This document shows, one piece after another, positions 18,190 through 28,019 of a stretch of 64,000 bases of DNA. A model generated the notes under the pieces. That model did not search any database. It saw only the letters and a program-made list of their open reading frames with translations, and was not told where the DNA came from. The DNA comes from Actinomycetota bacterium. GTDB taxonomy: Bacteria > Actinomycetota > Acidimicrobiia > Acidimicrobiales > Ilumatobacteraceae. How positions within the stretch are numbered: the stretch's first letter is position 1; every line of letters begins with the position of its first letter. The translations under genes were made by a program, and so were the position numbers. The stretch is from the NCBI GenBank assembly GCA_027729635.1, contig JAQCEM010000010.1, forward strand, positions 422 to 64,421. The letters are read 5' to 3'.

Positions 18190-19200
18190 ATGTCTTCGCC
18201 GCGCCCTACTGCTCGACGCCGCCGCAAAATCCTTCCACAGATCAACACCCTCACCATCGGTGCGGTGTTCGTAGCACTCACGGCGATCGGTCTTGTCATC
18301 GCGACGAAACAACAAGAATCAAACGTGACACGGGCCGATGAACTCGGCGGGATTCTCAACGACAAAGCCGGGCCGTTTGTGAACTACCTCATGGTGGGCA
18401 GTGATACCCGCGAAACATCTGACCCCAATAGTCCTGACTATGGCGGAATTGGAAGTACCAATGAGGCTGGTGGTCGACGGTCGGACACAGTGATGATCAT
18501 GCACGTCGACAACGCATTAGGTACCGCTTCAATCATGTCGGTGCCCCGCGACTTATGGATCGATATTCCTGGATATGGCAAGGACCGTTTGAACTCGGCG
18601 TATTCATACGGTGCCGATGTATTGGTGAACACAATTCAAGGAAGCCTTGGGATACCGCTCAACCATTACATCGAAGTTGACTTCACCTCGTTCAAGAACA
18701 TCGTCAACGCGTTGGGTGGTGTTGATATTTGCTTTGAATATCCGACGCGGGATATCAACACTGGGCTGAATGTCCCTGCTCCGGGCTGTTACACACTTGA
18801 TCAATATCAATCGCTGGCATATGCACGCAGTCGATACTACGAAGTCTTTCGTGATGAGGCATGGGTCATTGACGGACGAGCCGACCTTGGACGTATCGAA
18901 CGCCAGCAGATTTTTTTGCAGGCTGCAATTTCAAAAGCCATTGGGCAAACGACCGCTAACCCGATGCGCACGAGCGATCTCATTAATGCCGCCGTCAATT
19001 CACTGACCGTTGATCCAAATTTGAACTTGATTGACACCGCCGACTACCTCAAGCCACTCGCCTCGGGCGGGGTGCAGCGGTATTCGTTGTCGGTTGTTCC
19101 AGAAATGATTGATGAGAAGGATGTTCTGGTGTTGGGCGCTGCTGCGGGCGCGGTTTTGGCGTATTTCGCTGGAACAACCGGACCTCCGCCCGTCGGGTGA
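18190..19200 (+). CDS. LytR-CpsA-Psr (LCP) family cell-wall glycopolymer ligase
   Basis: Arg-rich cytoplasmic tail and one TM. LCP core motifs: LMVGSDTRE, RSDTVMIMHV, SVPRDLWIDIPGYG..RLNSAY, YARSR. Confidence 0.85.
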   Translation: MSSPRPTARRRRKILPQINTLTIGAVFVALTAIGLVIATKQQESNVTRADELGGILNDKAGPFVNYLMVGSDTRETSDPNSPDYGGIGSTNEAGGRRSDTVMIMHVDNALGTASIMSVPRDLWIDIPGYGKDRLNSAYSYGADVLVNTIQGSLGIPLNHYIEVDFTSFKNIVNALGGVDICFEYPTRDINTGLNVPAPGCYTLDQYQSLAYARSRYYEVFRDEAWVIDGRADLGRIERQQIFLQAAISKAIGQTTANPMRTSDLINAAVNSLTVDPNLNLIDTADYLKPLASGGVQRYSLSVVPEMIDEKDVLVLGAAAGAVLAYFAGTTGPPPVG

Positions 19201-19288
19201 TCACTGAAAGCGTTGGAGAGTCGCTGTCAGATGGCAGAATAATCACACGGTCGAACCCGACCAGATTGATCCCACGAGGTTTGTTGAC

Positions 19289-20368
19289 ATGAAAGCCCTC
19301 ATTTTGGCTGGTGGCGCTGGCACCCGATTGCGACCCATCACCCACACCAGTGCCAAGCAGTTGGTTCCGGTTGCCAACAAGCCAATTTTGTTTTACGGCA
19401 TTGAAGCCATGGTCTCGGCCGGTATCACCGAAATCGGTGTGATCGTTGGTGACACCCGAGTCGAAGTGATGGGCGCACTCGGCGACGGCAGCCAATGGGG
19501 CGCCAAGATCACGTTCATTCCTCAAGACGAACCGTTGGGTCTCGCTCACTGCGTATTGATCGCAGCCGACTTCTTGGCTGATGACGACTTTGTGATGTAC
19601 CTCGGAGACAACTTGCTCGAACAAGATCTCGGAGCTTTTGTACACGCTTTTGAGTCAGCGCGTCTCAGCAGTGAGCCGCCGACTGCGCAGATTCTTTTGA
19701 AGAAAGTTCCGGATCCACATCGTTTCGGTATTGCCGAACTCGATGCCGCCGGAAATGTGATTCGTTTGGTTGAAAAGCCAGAAAATCCACCCACCGACCT
19801 TGCCCTAGTTGGTGTGTATTTATTTGATCGCACGATCAACGATGCTGTGCGCGCCATTGCGCCGTCGCCACGAGGTGAGCTCGAAATTACTGACGCGATT
19901 CAGTGGTTGGTTGACCAAGGCAAGATCGTTCGCCAAGAATTGCTGACCGGTTGGTGGATCGACACTGGCAAATTGACGCCATTGCTTGAAGCCAATCGTC
20001 TGTTGCTTGAAGTGATTGAGCCGCGAGTTGACGGAGATGTTGATGAAGCATCGTCACTCGATGGACGCGTTGTGATTGAGGAAGGCGCAGTTATTCGCAA
20101 CTCAACTCTGCGCGGACCACTGGTGATTGGCAAGGATGCGCGGATCACGGACAGTTTCATCGGACCGTTCACAGCAATTGGTAACGGTTGTGAAGTGGTG
20201 AACAGTGAAGTTGAACACTCGGTCATCATGGAACGTAGTCGCATCATTGACATCACGCGCCTTGAAGACAGTTTGATCGGACGCGAAGCTGAAGTGATTC
20301 GTTCGCAAAAACGTCCACGCGCTTTGCGCTTAATGATTGGCGATCATTGCCAAATTGATACGGAGTAA
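19289..20368 (+). CDS. rmlA: glucose-1-phosphate thymidylyltransferase (long form with C-terminal beta-helix)
   Basis: MKALILAGGAGTRLRPITHTSAKQLVPVANKP and YLGDN. 359 aa with a hexapeptide-repeat C-terminus. First gene of an rmlACBD operon. Confidence 0.9.
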   Translation: MKALILAGGAGTRLRPITHTSAKQLVPVANKPILFYGIEAMVSAGITEIGVIVGDTRVEVMGALGDGSQWGAKITFIPQDEPLGLAHCVLIAADFLADDDFVMYLGDNLLEQDLGAFVHAFESARLSSEPPTAQILLKKVPDPHRFGIAELDAAGNVIRLVEKPENPPTDLALVGVYLFDRTINDAVRAIAPSPRGELEITDAIQWLVDQGKIVRQELLTGWWIDTGKLTPLLEANRLLLEVIEPRVDGDVDEASSLDGRVVIEEGAVIRNSTLRGPLVIGKDARITDSFIGPFTAIGNGCEVVNSEVEHSVIMERSRIIDITRLEDSLIGREAEVIRSQKRPRALRLMIGDHCQIDTE

Positions 20369-20372
20369 ACAC

Positions 20373-20924
20373 ATGCCAAAAGTGACAGCTAGCGACAAGA
20401 TTGATGGCGTTTGGATCGTTGAACCAACAATTCACGGTGACCAGCGCGGACTATTCATCGAGACATACCGCCGCGAGTGGTTTCCGAACGGCCGTGAAAT
20501 GATTCAGGGCAACCGTTCAAATAAACAAGCCGGTGCGTTAGTTGGATTGCACTATCACATGCATCAATCTGATTATTGGTATACGCCAGTCGGCACGATT
20601 CGCGTGGTTTTACATGACCTGCGCGAAGGTGGTCCCACCGACGGCGCCACGCAGACATTAGAAATTAGTGGTGAAAATCATGTGGGCGTTTACATTCCGC
20701 CCGGGGTTGCTCACGGATTCTCGGCACTCACCGATGTCGTGATGACGTATCTCGTTGACGGTTATTACAACCCAGCCGACGAACTTGGAGTCGCCTGGAA
20801 CGATCCGGTGATTGGCGCCGATTGGGGAGTCGCTGACCCGATCATGAGCGAACGAGACCGTACGAATCCGATGCGTGCCGACTTGCCTGTAGGACGCCGC
20901 CCCTACTGGCCCATGAGGACTTGA
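20373..20924 (+). CDS. rmlC: dTDP-4-dehydrorhamnose 3,5-epimerase
   Basis: GVWIVEPTIHGDQRGLFIETY, LHYH, YIPPGVAHGF. The start is taken at ATG 20373, 2 nt after the rmlA stop. Confidence 0.9.
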   Translation: MPKVTASDKIDGVWIVEPTIHGDQRGLFIETYRREWFPNGREMIQGNRSNKQAGALVGLHYHMHQSDYWYTPVGTIRVVLHDLREGGPTDGATQTLEISGENHVGVYIPPGVAHGFSALTDVVMTYLVDGYYNPADELGVAWNDPVIGADWGVADPIMSERDRTNPMRADLPVGRRPYWPMRT

Positions 20925-20925
20925 A

Positions 20926-21891
20926 ATGAAACTGTTTGTAACTGGAGCCGCCGGATTTATTGGTTCAAACTATGTGCGTTGGCTGTTGGCAAATAGTGAC
21001 GACACCGTCACTATTTACGACAAGCTCACGTACGCCGGCAACATGGAAAGCATCAATGACCTCATTGATGACAAGCGTTGCAAGTTTGTGCAAGGCGATA
21101 TTTGTGATGCCGATGCAGTTCTGGCGGCGATGAAGGGTCACGAAGGTGTCGTGCACTTTGCTGCCGAAAGCCATGTTGATCGCTCCATTGTTGACCCATA
21201 CGCGTTTGTGCGCACGAACGCTTATGGAACCAACGTGATGTGCGATGTCGCCCGCCAAGTTGAAGTGCAGCGCTTTTTGCACATTTCAACCGACGAGGTG
21301 TACGGGAGTATCGATGAAGGTTCATTTTCTGAAACCGATATTTTGTGCCCACGTTCGCCGTATTCGGCCTCGAAAGCATCAAGTGATTTGATTGCATTGT
21401 CCTACGTGACGACCCACGGATTGCCAGTAGTGGTGACTCGTTGCTCAAACAACTTTGGCCCATACCAGTTTCCTGAAAAGTTGATTCCGTTGTTCACCAC
21501 TAACTTGCTTGATGGCAAGAAAGTTCCGTTGTACGGCGATGGTGGCAACGTGCGCGACTGGATTCATGTCGAGGACCACAACATTGCTGCTCATCTAGTG
21601 CTGCAAAAAGGCGAAGTTGGTCAGGTGTACAACATCGGTGCGCATAACGAAATCACGAATCGCGACATCACCTATCGCTTGCTCGAGTTGTGTGGACGTG
21701 ATGAAAGTTCAATCACGCCAGTTGCCGACCGACTTGGACATGATCGTCGTTACTCGGTGTACATTGACAAGGTGTCAGCGCTCGGTTGGAAACTCAGCCG
21801 CACGTTTGAAGACTCGCTCGCCGAAACTGTCGAGTGGTATCGCAACAACCGTGCCTGGTGGGAACCGCTTAAAGCCCGCGCTGGTCTGTGA
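20926..21891 (+). CDS. rmlB: dTDP-glucose 4,6-dehydratase
   Basis: VTGAAGFIGSNYV, STDEVYG, YSASKASSD, DGGNVRDWIHVEDH. Confidence 0.95.
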   Translation: MKLFVTGAAGFIGSNYVRWLLANSDDTVTIYDKLTYAGNMESINDLIDDKRCKFVQGDICDADAVLAAMKGHEGVVHFAAESHVDRSIVDPYAFVRTNAYGTNVMCDVARQVEVQRFLHISTDEVYGSIDEGSFSETDILCPRSPYSASKASSDLIALSYVTTHGLPVVVTRCSNNFGPYQFPEKLIPLFTTNLLDGKKVPLYGDGGNVRDWIHVEDHNIAAHLVLQKGEVGQVYNIGAHNEITNRDITYRLLELCGRDESSITPVADRLGHDRRYSVYIDKVSALGWKLSRTFEDSLAETVEWYRNNRAWWEPLKARAGL

Positions 21892-21904
21892 TTAACTCGT
21901 AATT

Positions 21905-22753
21905 ATGAAAATTCTCGTTACTGGAGCTAATGGTCAACTCGGTCAAGACTTGATGCGAGTGATTACTGCCGCTGGTGACGAAGCAGTCGGAATCGATATC
22001 GACACCGTTGACATCACCAGTCGTGAGGCCGTTCACGAAGCACTAGCAACGATTTATCCAGACGCAGTCATTAACTGCGCTGCATTCACGGCGGTTGATG
22101 CGTGTGAAGACAATGCCGATACCGCAATGTTGGTCAACGGAACCGCAGTGCGTTGGGTGACCGAGGCCAGTGATGCAGTTGGCGCACACCTGGTGCATAT
22201 CAGTACTGACTATGTTTTCGACGGTACAAAAATCGGGCCGTATGTTGAAACCGACACTCCCAATCCGCAAAGTGTGTATGGCCGAACCAAGTTGGCGGGC
22301 GAACACGAGGCACTGGTCAATGGATCGGGTGTTGCAGTCGTTCGAACATCGTGGGTGTGTGGTTTTTATGGCAACAACATGGTCAAGACGGTGCACAAGT
22401 TGGCGAAAGAACGTGATTCGTTGTCGTTTGTGAGCGACCAGATTGGCCATCCCACGTTTACATCTGATCTTGCGCCGTTGTTGCATCGTCTTGCTGTTGA
22501 TCGCCGTGACGGAATTTTCCACGGAACGAATCAGGGTGCGGTGAGTTGGTACGAATTCGTAAAAGAGATTGTGCGTCTGATGGGTAAAGATCCGGGCATG
22601 GTGCATCCGATCACCACTGCCGAGTTGCAGCCGCCGCGTCCGGCGCAACGTCCGGCGAACAGTGTGCTTGATAACAAAGCATTGCGTGATGCTGGTTACG
22701 CGCCAACTCGCGATTTCCGTGAGCCATTGGCCGAATTATTGCGACTTCTCTAA
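21905..22753 (+). CDS. rmlD: dTDP-4-dehydrorhamnose reductase
   Basis: ILVTGANGQLG, ISTDYVFDG, YGRTKLAGE. Last gene of the rml operon. Confidence 0.9.
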   Translation: MKILVTGANGQLGQDLMRVITAAGDEAVGIDIDTVDITSREAVHEALATIYPDAVINCAAFTAVDACEDNADTAMLVNGTAVRWVTEASDAVGAHLVHISTDYVFDGTKIGPYVETDTPNPQSVYGRTKLAGEHEALVNGSGVAVVRTSWVCGFYGNNMVKTVHKLAKERDSLSFVSDQIGHPTFTSDLAPLLHRLAVDRRDGIFHGTNQGAVSWYEFVKEIVRLMGKDPGMVHPITTAELQPPRPAQRPANSVLDNKALRDAGYAPTRDFREPLAELLRLL

Positions 22754-22770
22754 AAGATGGGAAAATAGAC

Positions 22771-22784
22771 CCCCGAAAACGGGG
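22771..22784. terminator. short GC hairpin between convergent rmlD and the MOSC gene
   Basis: CCCCG-AAAA-CGGGG followed by TGTTTG. The stem is only 5 bp, so this is weak. Confidence 0.3.
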
Positions 22785-22803
22785 TGTTTGCGCGCCCAAT
22801 AGG

Positions 22804-23538
22804 TTAAGGCTCGAAGGTGATGGGGTCGCCGGGGGAGACGTTGCCACGTTCAACCACGGTTGCGTACACACGACAACTTGCGGTCTTGTTTTCAAGATCG
22901 CGGTCGTGGTGAATGCGATTGAAATCTCGATCAACGAACAAATCGGCCAACTGTTTGCAGGGCACGGCATACGACGAAATATCGCATAACACCTCACCAA
23001 TTCGCAGGCGAGTTCCGGGTCGTACGTCGCTCCAGTTGAGTCCACTGACTGTGAGATTCTCACCAGCTGAACCCGGAACAACATGATGTCCCTCTGAGCG
23101 CAACGTTTTCATCACTTCAGCGGACCACAGGGACAGTGCCTGAAAGGGACGACCGTGATGTTTGCGGGTGGCTTGACGATCACCGTCAACGCCTTTCCAG
23201 CCGATGTATGCATGGTCAATGGATTTCTTAGGAACTCCACCTTGTGACGAGTTGAGTTGTACGAGAGTTCCTATTTGTGGTGATGGGATGTGGCCCAGTG
23301 CTCTGAGGGTTGGTGTTGCACCAGAAAGTGCTGCCCACACGGTTGGCAGTACCGACGTGATCTCTGAATCGGTCAATTGGTCAATGGTCGTACCTTCAAG
23401 AAGTTGATTCACGTACGCCAGCAGATGATCAATGGCTCCGCTGCGTCCCTCGGACATTTGCGCCAATATCTTCGGCGCAGCCAGCAGAGTATTTCTGGCA
23501 TCTTCACGCGTGAATTCATACGGACCAACGATGAACAT
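22804..23538 (-). CDS. MOSC domain-containing protein with a ~100-aa N-terminal extension
   Basis: C-terminal half: ALSLWSAEV...GSAGENLTVSGLNWSDVRPGTRLRIGEVLCDISSYAVPCKQL...RVYATVVERGNVSPGDPI, a MOSC beta-barrel with the conserved Cys. Confidence 0.75.
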   Translation of the reverse strand: MFIVGPYEFTREDARNTLLAAPKILAQMSEGRSGAIDHLLAYVNQLLEGTTIDQLTDSEITSVLPTVWAALSGATPTLRALGHIPSPQIGTLVQLNSSQGGVPKKSIDHAYIGWKGVDGDRQATRKHHGRPFQALSLWSAEVMKTLRSEGHHVVPGSAGENLTVSGLNWSDVRPGTRLRIGEVLCDISSYAVPCKQLADLFVDRDFNRIHHDRDLENKTASCRVYATVVERGNVSPGDPITFEP

Positions 23539-23560
23539 CTTGACACTCTAGGCTCGCTCT

Positions 23561-24589
23561 ATGGCCGAAATAATGTTTGACGGAAAGCCTTTGCGATTGA
23601 CCGAGTGGACCAGTTGTGGCGGTTGCGCCGCCAAGTGGGGCAAAGACTTACTTGCCGGCCTAGTGAACGAACTTCCAGCATCATTTGATCCGTCACTTTT
23701 GATTGGACTTGCTCCCTTTGACGATGCGGCCGTGTACAAAGTCAGCGACGACATCGCGCTGGTGAGTACGACCGACTTTTTCCCGCCGCTTGTTGATGAT
23801 CCATCTGACTTTGGGGCGATCGCTGCCGCCAATGCGTGCAGCGATGTGTATGCGATGGGTGGAAAAGTATTAATGGCGGTCAACGTGGCGGCTTTCCCCG
23901 AAAACTTTCCGCGCGAGGCGATCGTCGCGATTTTTGCTGCGGCTTCAGATGTGATGGCGCAAGCTGGCGGATCAGTTGCGGGCGGTCACACCATTCGTAA
24001 CCCTGAACCAATTTTCGGATTGGCGGTTCAAGGCATTGTGCATCCCGATCGCATCTTCACTAAAGGTGGAGCACGCGAAGGTGACGTATTGCTTCTGTCG
24101 AAACCGCTCGGAACCGGTATCGCTCTCGCTGGTAGATCTGATTCTGACAAAGCAACTGCGATCGCTGGAATGCGTCAATTGAATCGTGATGCGAGTGAAC
24201 GTTTGCAAGCAAGTGCTGGTGTTCATGCTGTCACCGACGTGACGGGATTTGCGCTTGCTGGTCACGGCTGGGAAATGGCCGAGCGATCTGGATGCACGTT
24301 TGAAATCGATGCTGCGAAGTTACCCGTATACCCGGGTGTCCTTGAGGCTGCGCAGCGCGGAGTTCGAACTGGGGGAGATGCGCGTAATCGCACTGCGGTC
24401 GGAACTCGCGTGACATTGGCCGAAGGTGTTGATGCTGCCTACGACATCGTGGTCTTTGACCCGCAGACATCTGGCGGATTGCTTGCGGCGGTTGAACCTG
24501 CAGCAGTTGCTGGTTTAACTGCATCGGGTTCACCATTTGTTGTGATCGGCAACGTTGTCGCTGGAACTCCAGGATTGCGGTTGGTCTGA
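23561..24589 (+). CDS. selD: selenide, water dikinase (selenophosphate synthetase), Cys-type
   Basis: N-terminal RLTEWTSCGGCAAKWG (Cys three residues before the conserved Lys, as in Cys-type SelD). AIR-synthase-like fold: DDAAVY, TTDFFPP.VDDP..FG.IAAANA.SDVYAMGG, GGHT. Confidence 0.85.
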   Translation: MAEIMFDGKPLRLTEWTSCGGCAAKWGKDLLAGLVNELPASFDPSLLIGLAPFDDAAVYKVSDDIALVSTTDFFPPLVDDPSDFGAIAAANACSDVYAMGGKVLMAVNVAAFPENFPREAIVAIFAAASDVMAQAGGSVAGGHTIRNPEPIFGLAVQGIVHPDRIFTKGGAREGDVLLLSKPLGTGIALAGRSDSDKATAIAGMRQLNRDASERLQASAGVHAVTDVTGFALAGHGWEMAERSGCTFEIDAAKLPVYPGVLEAAQRGVRTGGDARNRTAVGTRVTLAEGVDAAYDIVVFDPQTSGGLLAAVEPAAVAGLTASGSPFVVIGNVVAGTPGLRLV

Positions 24590-25272
24590 TGGCATCTCGG
24601 GTGTCGGCAAAAGTGCCGACTCGCGATTTAGAGCAGTCGCTTCACGATGATGGACATCGCATCATCGTCGGTGTTGACGAGGTGGGTAAGGGTGCGTGGG
24701 CTGGACCACTTGCCGTTGGAATGGCGATTCTTCCATTGACCGGTGATTTCGCAGGAGTGCGCGACTCAAAATCGATCACCGAAAAATCGCGAGACGCCAT
24801 GTTCGACACAGTCGCTTCATGGTGCACTTCATGGTCGGTTGGTTATGCGTCGCATGTTGAATGTGATGAATTAGGAATGGCCGATGCACAACGCTTAGCA
24901 ACGCAACGGGCTCTCGCACAACTTTCAGTTGTTCCTGATGCCGCAGTGGTCGATGGCAGTTGGGATTTTGTGACACCACTGATTCCGAAAGTTGTGATGC
25001 AGGTCAAAGGCGATACTTCAGTTCTGTCGATTGCTGCAGCATCGATTTTGGCCAAGGTGACACGTGATCGATTGATGCGAGAACTCGCGATTGATTACCC
25101 ACTGTGGAGCCTTGACACCAATAAGGGGTATCCGTGTCACTGGCATCGCACGGCGTTGCAGGGCTACGGTCCATCGGCAATTCACCGCCGAAGCTGGGCT
25201 TTTATGGACAACTTCGTGCCGTGGTCCGGAACTCCGCGCATCGAGCGCAACGCTTCGCCGACTTTGTTTTAG
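24589..25272 (+). CDS. rnhB: ribonuclease HII
   Basis: VGVDEVGKGAWAGPL, DSK, SIAAASILAKVTRD, GYP. Its ATG overlaps the selD stop by 1 nt (TGATG). Confidence 0.9.
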   Translation: MASRVSAKVPTRDLEQSLHDDGHRIIVGVDEVGKGAWAGPLAVGMAILPLTGDFAGVRDSKSITEKSRDAMFDTVASWCTSWSVGYASHVECDELGMADAQRLATQRALAQLSVVPDAAVVDGSWDFVTPLIPKVVMQVKGDTSVLSIAAASILAKVTRDRLMRELAIDYPLWSLDTNKGYPCHWHRTALQGYGPSAIHRRSWAFMDNFVPWSGTPRIERNASPTLF

Positions 25273-25275
25273 TCT

Positions 25276-26517
25276 TTACTTCTTGAGGTCTTTGAAAGCA
25301 CTCTTGCTGTCGATGCCCGGATCTTTGGGCATACCTAAAACTCGTTCGGCAACGATGTTGCGCATGACTTCGTCAGAGCCACCGGCGATGCGACCGCCAG
25401 GTGTACCAAGAATCAATTGATTCCAGGCATACGTGCCCCATTCGCCACTGTCGGCAATGAGTTTTGGTCCGAGCACCATTGAAACGAAATCGCCGAGACG
25501 CATCATGTTGGCAGTGCCTGCCAGTTTGGCCATGCTCATTTCGGGTCCGGGCATTTGGCCCGACTTGATCTTGTCCATCGCTCGTTGGTTGTTGTAACCC
25601 GCGACTTTGTTGTGAATGATGATCTTGGCGAGTTCATCACGTACGACGGGATCTTTGTCGAGTTCATAAAACTTGACCATCTCGATAACGCGCGTGAAAA
25701 ATCCTCCGCCTCCACCACCGGCACCGATTGCGGCACGCTCGTTCATGAGGGTTGTGAGTGCCACATTCCAGCCATTGTTGACATCGCCGAGTCGATGATC
25801 GTCACGAACACGAACTTCGGTGAAGAACACTTCATTGAAACTTGCTCCACCAGTCATCTGGCGCAACGGGCGAATTTCTACACCTGGCGCATGCATGTCA
25901 ACAATGAAGCCAGTGAGTCCTTTGTGCTTGGGCATATCGAAATCGGTACGAGCAATGATTTCGCCGATGTCGCTGTAGTGCGCTCCACTCGTCCACACTT
26001 TTTGACCAGTGATGATCCATTCGTCGCCATCGCGTTCGGCTTTTGTGCTCAAGTTTGCGAGGTCACTACCAGCACCTGGTTCACTGAACAACTGACATCC
26101 AACGATGTCGCCTCGATACATCTTGTGAACATATAGGTCACGAGCGATATCTGAACCATGGTCAATGATGGTGGGGGCCACCATGCCGAGTCCGATGGTG
26201 AAGCAACTCTGGCTCGGGATTTCGTACTTTGATTCAAGTGCGTCATAAGCCCGTGAGTAGGCAACGGGTAAGCCGCGGCCACCGAATTGTTTTGGGCCAA
26301 AGATGTAACCAAAGCCTGCGTCAAACTTCTTGCGGCGCCACGCGCACGCTTCAGCGACATCGAGCTTTTCTGACTGGCGATCCTTTTCTTCGAACATCGT
26401 GACCTTGTCGGCCCCCTCGCCCCAGACGAATTTCTTTTCAGCCTCTTTGCGTGGGGCATTGGCCTCTAAAAATTCGAGGGCATCAGCCTGGAATTGCTCG
26501 AGAGTGGGTTGAGACAT
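25276..26517 (-). CDS. acyl-CoA dehydrogenase
   Basis: 413 aa. CQLFSEPGAGSDL, WITGQKVWTSGA and a C-terminal GGSDEVMRNIVAERVLGMP. Confidence 0.9.
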   Translation of the reverse strand: MSQPTLEQFQADALEFLEANAPRKEAEKKFVWGEGADKVTMFEEKDRQSEKLDVAEACAWRRKKFDAGFGYIFGPKQFGGRGLPVAYSRAYDALESKYEIPSQSCFTIGLGMVAPTIIDHGSDIARDLYVHKMYRGDIVGCQLFSEPGAGSDLANLSTKAERDGDEWIITGQKVWTSGAHYSDIGEIIARTDFDMPKHKGLTGFIVDMHAPGVEIRPLRQMTGGASFNEVFFTEVRVRDDHRLGDVNNGWNVALTTLMNERAAIGAGGGGGGFFTRVIEMVKFYELDKDPVVRDELAKIIIHNKVAGYNNQRAMDKIKSGQMPGPEMSMAKLAGTANMMRLGDFVSMVLGPKLIADSGEWGTYAWNQLILGTPGGRIAGGSDEVMRNIVAERVLGMPKDPGIDSKSAFKDLKK

Positions 26518-26605
26518 GTTCTGGTGCTCCTGTGTGACAAGTGAAATGGTTGACGAAAATAGAGACAGTGCTGTGACCGTACCGCCTCCGAACTAAGGTT
26601 GCCAT

Positions 26606-27061
26606 ATGGGTCAGCCTGTTGTCGTCGTTGAAAAGCAAAGTCGTCGCCCCGGAGTTGTCTGGTTTGAGGCCAATCGCAGTTTGTCGGGGATGGGTCACGA
26701 GAGTTTCTTGTCATCCGACACCAATGCGCACGCTGTTTCGTCAATCACCCCGTCGGCTGAATTAGCCCGTCGCCTCTTTTCCACCGGTCGTGTGACTGGT
26801 GTTCACGTGTATCAAAACATGATCACTGTCGATCTCGCAAAGGGTTTTGACTCTGAGGGTTTGCAGGACATTGTGCGCGATTTGTATCAATATTGGAAGC
26901 CAGGCATGGTTCCGCCAGCATTTGAAGGCTTGGTGGCCGCTGAAGAAGCGCCGGCCGTAAGTAGTGCGCCTTCTGAAGGTGGAGCAGTGATTGACAGCCG
27001 TGTGCCAGCCCATCTGATTGAACGCAGCCGAGCGGCTCGCGCCCGGTTAACAGGCCAGTAA
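26606..27061 (+). CDS. Nfu/NifU N-terminal-like scaffold domain protein (tentative)
   Basis: The core LARRLFSTGRVTGVHVYQNMITVDLAKGFD...IVRDLY resembles the Nfu_N domain. The start is uncertain. Confidence 0.5.
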   Translation: MGQPVVVVEKQSRRPGVVWFEANRSLSGMGHESFLSSDTNAHAVSSITPSAELARRLFSTGRVTGVHVYQNMITVDLAKGFDSEGLQDIVRDLYQYWKPGMVPPAFEGLVAAEEAPAVSSAPSEGGAVIDSRVPAHLIERSRAARARLTGQ

Positions 27062-27136
27062 CAGGTCGTGAATCAGTCCTGAATAGGGCCAGAAGTCCTT
27101 TTGGTGGGCGACTTATTTGTCATCGCACAATCTCTC

Positions 27137-27154
27137 ATGCACTGGGGGGTGCAT
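27137..27154. promoter_or_regulatory. candidate operator: 6-6-6 palindrome ATGCAC-TGGGGG-GTGCAT upstream of the HTH-B12 regulator gene
   Basis: Perfect inverted hexamers 8 nt upstream of the TTG start at 27162. No second copy seen in the window. Confidence 0.3.
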
Positions 27155-27161
27155 TTAGCCT

Positions 27162-28013
27162 TTGCCTGTGGAGACAAATGTACTGACGCTTGACGAGGTT
27201 AAAGAGGTCCTCGGCGTGAGTTACATGACGGTCTACCGCTACGTGAAGAGCCGCCGTTTAGAGGGTTACCAGGTTGGCGGAGTGTGGCACGTGTCGCAAG
27301 AAGCGCTGCGGCAGTTCCAAGAAGAAAAGAATCAGCCCAAGAAACGCACGTCCACCTCGGGCGATGCGCGTCGCACGACGAACTACGCCGAAGAACTTGA
27401 ACGTTGTTTGACCGCCGGAGATTCAAGCGGATCATTAGAGGTGGTCAAGCGAGCCGTTGATGCCGGCGCTGATGTCGAGCGGGTGTACCTCGAAGTTCTG
27501 TCTCCGGCCATGGCGTCAATTGGTGCATCGTGGGCGGCTGGCGAAATTGATATTGCGATTGAGCATCAGGCCAGCGCGATTGTGACTCGTTTGGTCGGTC
27601 AACTGAGTCCACGTCCACGTGGTCGTCGACGTGGCCAGGTGTTGATTGGTGGCCCAACTGGCGAGCGCCACGCATTGGCTTTGGCGATGTTAGCTGACCT
27701 GTTGCGTCTGCAGGGATGGGAAGTACTCGACTTGGGCGGGGATACCCCGGCTGCATCGTTCGTTCATACCGCTAGCAAAATGACCGACTTAGTGGCCGTG
27801 GGCGTGAGTCTGACATCAGTTGAGTCTGAAGCTTCAGCGGCGGCCACCTTGACCTCTTTGCGGGCGGCAATTGGCCCCGATGTGCCGGTGGTCTTAGGCG
27901 GAGGTGCGATTCGGGACGAGAAGCACGCTCGTGACCTGGGGGCCGACCATTTCGCGATGGGCGCTCGGGGTTTCATCGAGTTCCTCGATCAGCGCAAGAA
28001 AAAATCCGCCTGA
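27162..28013 (+). CDS. DNA-binding protein: excisionase-type (HTH_17-like) helix-turn-helix fused to a CarH/LitR-like cobalamin-binding light-sensor module
   Basis: HTH: LTLDEVKEVLGVSYMTVYRYVKSRRLEGYQVGGVWHVSQEAL. B12-binding_2 helical bundle with an exact Wx9EH motif (W124 AAGEIDIAI E134 H135). Rossmann B12 domain VLIGGPTGERHALALAML (E168-x-H170), then VAVGVS and VVLGGGA. Confidence 0.8.
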   Translation: MPVETNVLTLDEVKEVLGVSYMTVYRYVKSRRLEGYQVGGVWHVSQEALRQFQEEKNQPKKRTSTSGDARRTTNYAEELERCLTAGDSSGSLEVVKRAVDAGADVERVYLEVLSPAMASIGASWAAGEIDIAIEHQASAIVTRLVGQLSPRPRGRRRGQVLIGGPTGERHALALAMLADLLRLQGWEVLDLGGDTPAASFVHTASKMTDLVAVGVSLTSVESEASAAATLTSLRAAIGPDVPVVLGGGAIRDEKHARDLGADHFAMGARGFIEFLDQRKKKSA

Positions 28014-28019
28014 AACTTA

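Noticed and set aside
27162-27330. Prophage excisionase (Xis) marking a mobile element
   Set aside because: The HTH_17-like domain is fused in frame to a B12-binding module. There is no integrase, att-like repeat, tRNA target or phage gene anywhere nearby.
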